Origin: Rhodospirillaceae bacterium
GTDB taxonomy: Bacteria; Pseudomonadota; Gammaproteobacteria; Steroidobacterales; Rariloculaceae
Reading direction: 5' to 3'
DNA length: 58,516 nucleotides
Assembly: GCA_024640685.1 (NCBI GenBank)
Contig: JAHEEN010000003.1
Coordinates: 1 to 58,516, forward strand
Shown here: piece after piece, positions 57,147 through 58,516 of the stretch
Layout: each line of letters starts with the position of its first letter
How positions within the stretch are numbered: position 1 is the stretch's first letter
The notes under the pieces: generated by a model
Told to the model about the DNA's origin: nothing
Database searches by the model: none
Seen by the model: the letters and a program-made list of their open reading frames with translations, nothing else
Program-made: the position numbers and the translations under genes

Positions 57147-58463
57147 GTGAGGTATCTGAGCACGACCGGTGCGCACGAGACGAGCCTCGTCGGTGCGTTG
57201 ATGCGTGGGTTGGCGCCCGACGGACGTCTGTACGTCCCCGACCATATGCCGAAGCTCGATGCCGGCGACATCGCCTGCGACGGGCTCGTCGATATCGCGA
57301 CGACGGTGCTCGAGCCATTCTTCGAGGGCAGTGTGCTTGCACCATCGCTGAGCGCGATCAATGCCGATGCCCTGAACTTCCCGATACCGCTGCGTAATCT
57401 GCCAGGCCGTGACGGGCCACTGGCGGTGCTCGAGCTCTTTCACGGCCCTACGGCGGCGTTCAAGGACGTCGGTGCTCGATTTTTGGCGGCTGCGATGCAG
57501 CGCGCACTGCCGAAGCTCGAAGTCTCCGACGAGCGGCCGTTGACGATTCTCGTTGCGACATCCGGGGACACCGGCGGCGCCGTCGCTGCCGCGTTTCACG
57601 GCCGCGGGGGCTTTCGAGTCGGCATTTTGTTTCCAGAAGGGCAGGTCTCGCCGCGGCAACGCCATCAGCTGACCTGTTGGGGCGGCAACGTGCGTTCGTT
57701 CGAGGTCGCGGGATCGTTCGACCAATGCCAGGCGCTCGTCAAAGGCGTGTTCGCCGATCCTTCGATCAGCGCGCAGTATCGACTCGGGTCGGCAAACAGC
57801 ATCAACATCGGTCGCCTGCTGCCGCAAGTCGTCTACCACTCGGCAGCGGCGCTTTGGCATTATCGCGAGCACGGTGTCGCCGCGAGCTTTATCGTGCCGA
57901 CCGGCAATCTCGGCAACGCAATGGCCTGTATCTGGGCACGCGCGATCGGCATGCCCATCGGCAGAATCGTGCTCGCAACGAACGCAAATCGGCCGATACC
58001 GGACTACCTGGCGACCGGCGACTGGCAGCCGCGCCCAAGCGTTCAGACGTTGGCATCGGCAATGGACGTGGGTAATCCGAGCAATATGGAGCGGCTCAGG
58101 CACCTTCACCCGGACTTTGGAGAGCTGCGCGACGCCGTTGCGGCCATTCCGGTCGACGATCACGAGATCCGCGCGCAGATTGCGGCCGACTATCGACGCT
58201 TCGGCGATATCTGGTGCCCGCATACGGCAACCGGGTTTCGGGCGTACGATCGCCTACCGGTGGCGTTGCGCCGAGAGTCACCGTGGATCGTTACGGCAAC
58301 AGCGCATCCGGCTAAATTCGAGACGATCGTCGAGCCTGAAATCGAAAAAGAGGTCGAAATGCCGCCCGCGCTGGCTGACCTGATGTCGCTGCCTTCGCAC
58401 GCCGAGCCACTTCACGCCGATATCGCTGCGCTTGGTAGCGCGCTTGAAATGTGGGATAACTAA
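57147..58463 (+). CDS. thrC: Threonine synthase
   Basis: ELFHGPTAAFKD, ATSGDTG, ANSINIGR, PTGNLGN and TAHPAKF; GGAGG RBS. Confidence 0.96.
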   Translation: MRYLSTTGAHETSLVGALMRGLAPDGRLYVPDHMPKLDAGDIACDGLVDIATTVLEPFFEGSVLAPSLSAINADALNFPIPLRNLPGRDGPLAVLELFHGPTAAFKDVGARFLAAAMQRALPKLEVSDERPLTILVATSGDTGGAVAAAFHGRGGFRVGILFPEGQVSPRQRHQLTCWGGNVRSFEVAGSFDQCQALVKGVFADPSISAQYRLGSANSINIGRLLPQVVYHSAAALWHYREHGVAASFIVPTGNLGNAMACIWARAIGMPIGRIVLATNANRPIPDYLATGDWQPRPSVQTLASAMDVGNPSNMERLRHLHPDFGELRDAVAAIPVDDHEIRAQIAADYRRFGDIWCPHTATGFRAYDRLPVALRRESPWIVTATAHPAKFETIVEPEIEKEVEMPPALADLMSLPSHAEPLHADIAALGSALEMWDN

Positions 58464-58516
58464 TAACTATAAAACAATTAGTTATAGAAAAATATTACAG
58501 TGAATTCTGAGATGTG

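Noticed and set aside
57084-58223. 379-aa minus-strand ORF
   Set aside because: Antisense shadow of thrC.

Overview
This is a GC-rich chromosomal segment, most consistent with a free-living Gammaproteobacterium (inferred from gene order). The left ~3.8 kb is the end of a genomic island at tRNA-Leu(CAG): a GMC oxidoreductase tail, two glycosyltransferases and a decayed large serine recombinase whose last codons run antisense into the tRNA 3' end. Core blocks follow: rnr-rlmB; rpsF-rpsR-(DUF2232)-rplI-dnaB; a CHASE2-type Ser/Thr kinase/PP2C/FHA triad; radA; a CorC-family gene; ffh-rpsP-rimM-trmD-rplS followed directly by a four-gene TPAT-type TRAP transporter, sppA and hslR; a SUF operon with SufU and SufT; and bepA, bcp, gcvR, dapA. 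An accessory catabolic block (~38.4-49 kb) holds an FG-GAP lipoprotein, an orphan xanthine-dehydrogenase-family Mo subunit, two FAH-family paralogues, a PQQ dehydrogenase with cytochrome c, gtdA, maiA and a split XdhC. The window ends with an orphan YbbP-like permease, a small SEC-C protein, an MFS transporter, rpe and thrA-thrC without thrB. The best leads are the molybdoenzyme/PQQ/gentisate module, the TPAT-SppA linkage, two tiny membrane proteins with metal-ligand motifs (one below the ORF-track cutoff), a candidate structured thrA leader and a ~21-bp motif shared by three AT-rich islets. All calls come from motif recognition by eye; no database search was run. No CRISPR array or rRNA was seen.
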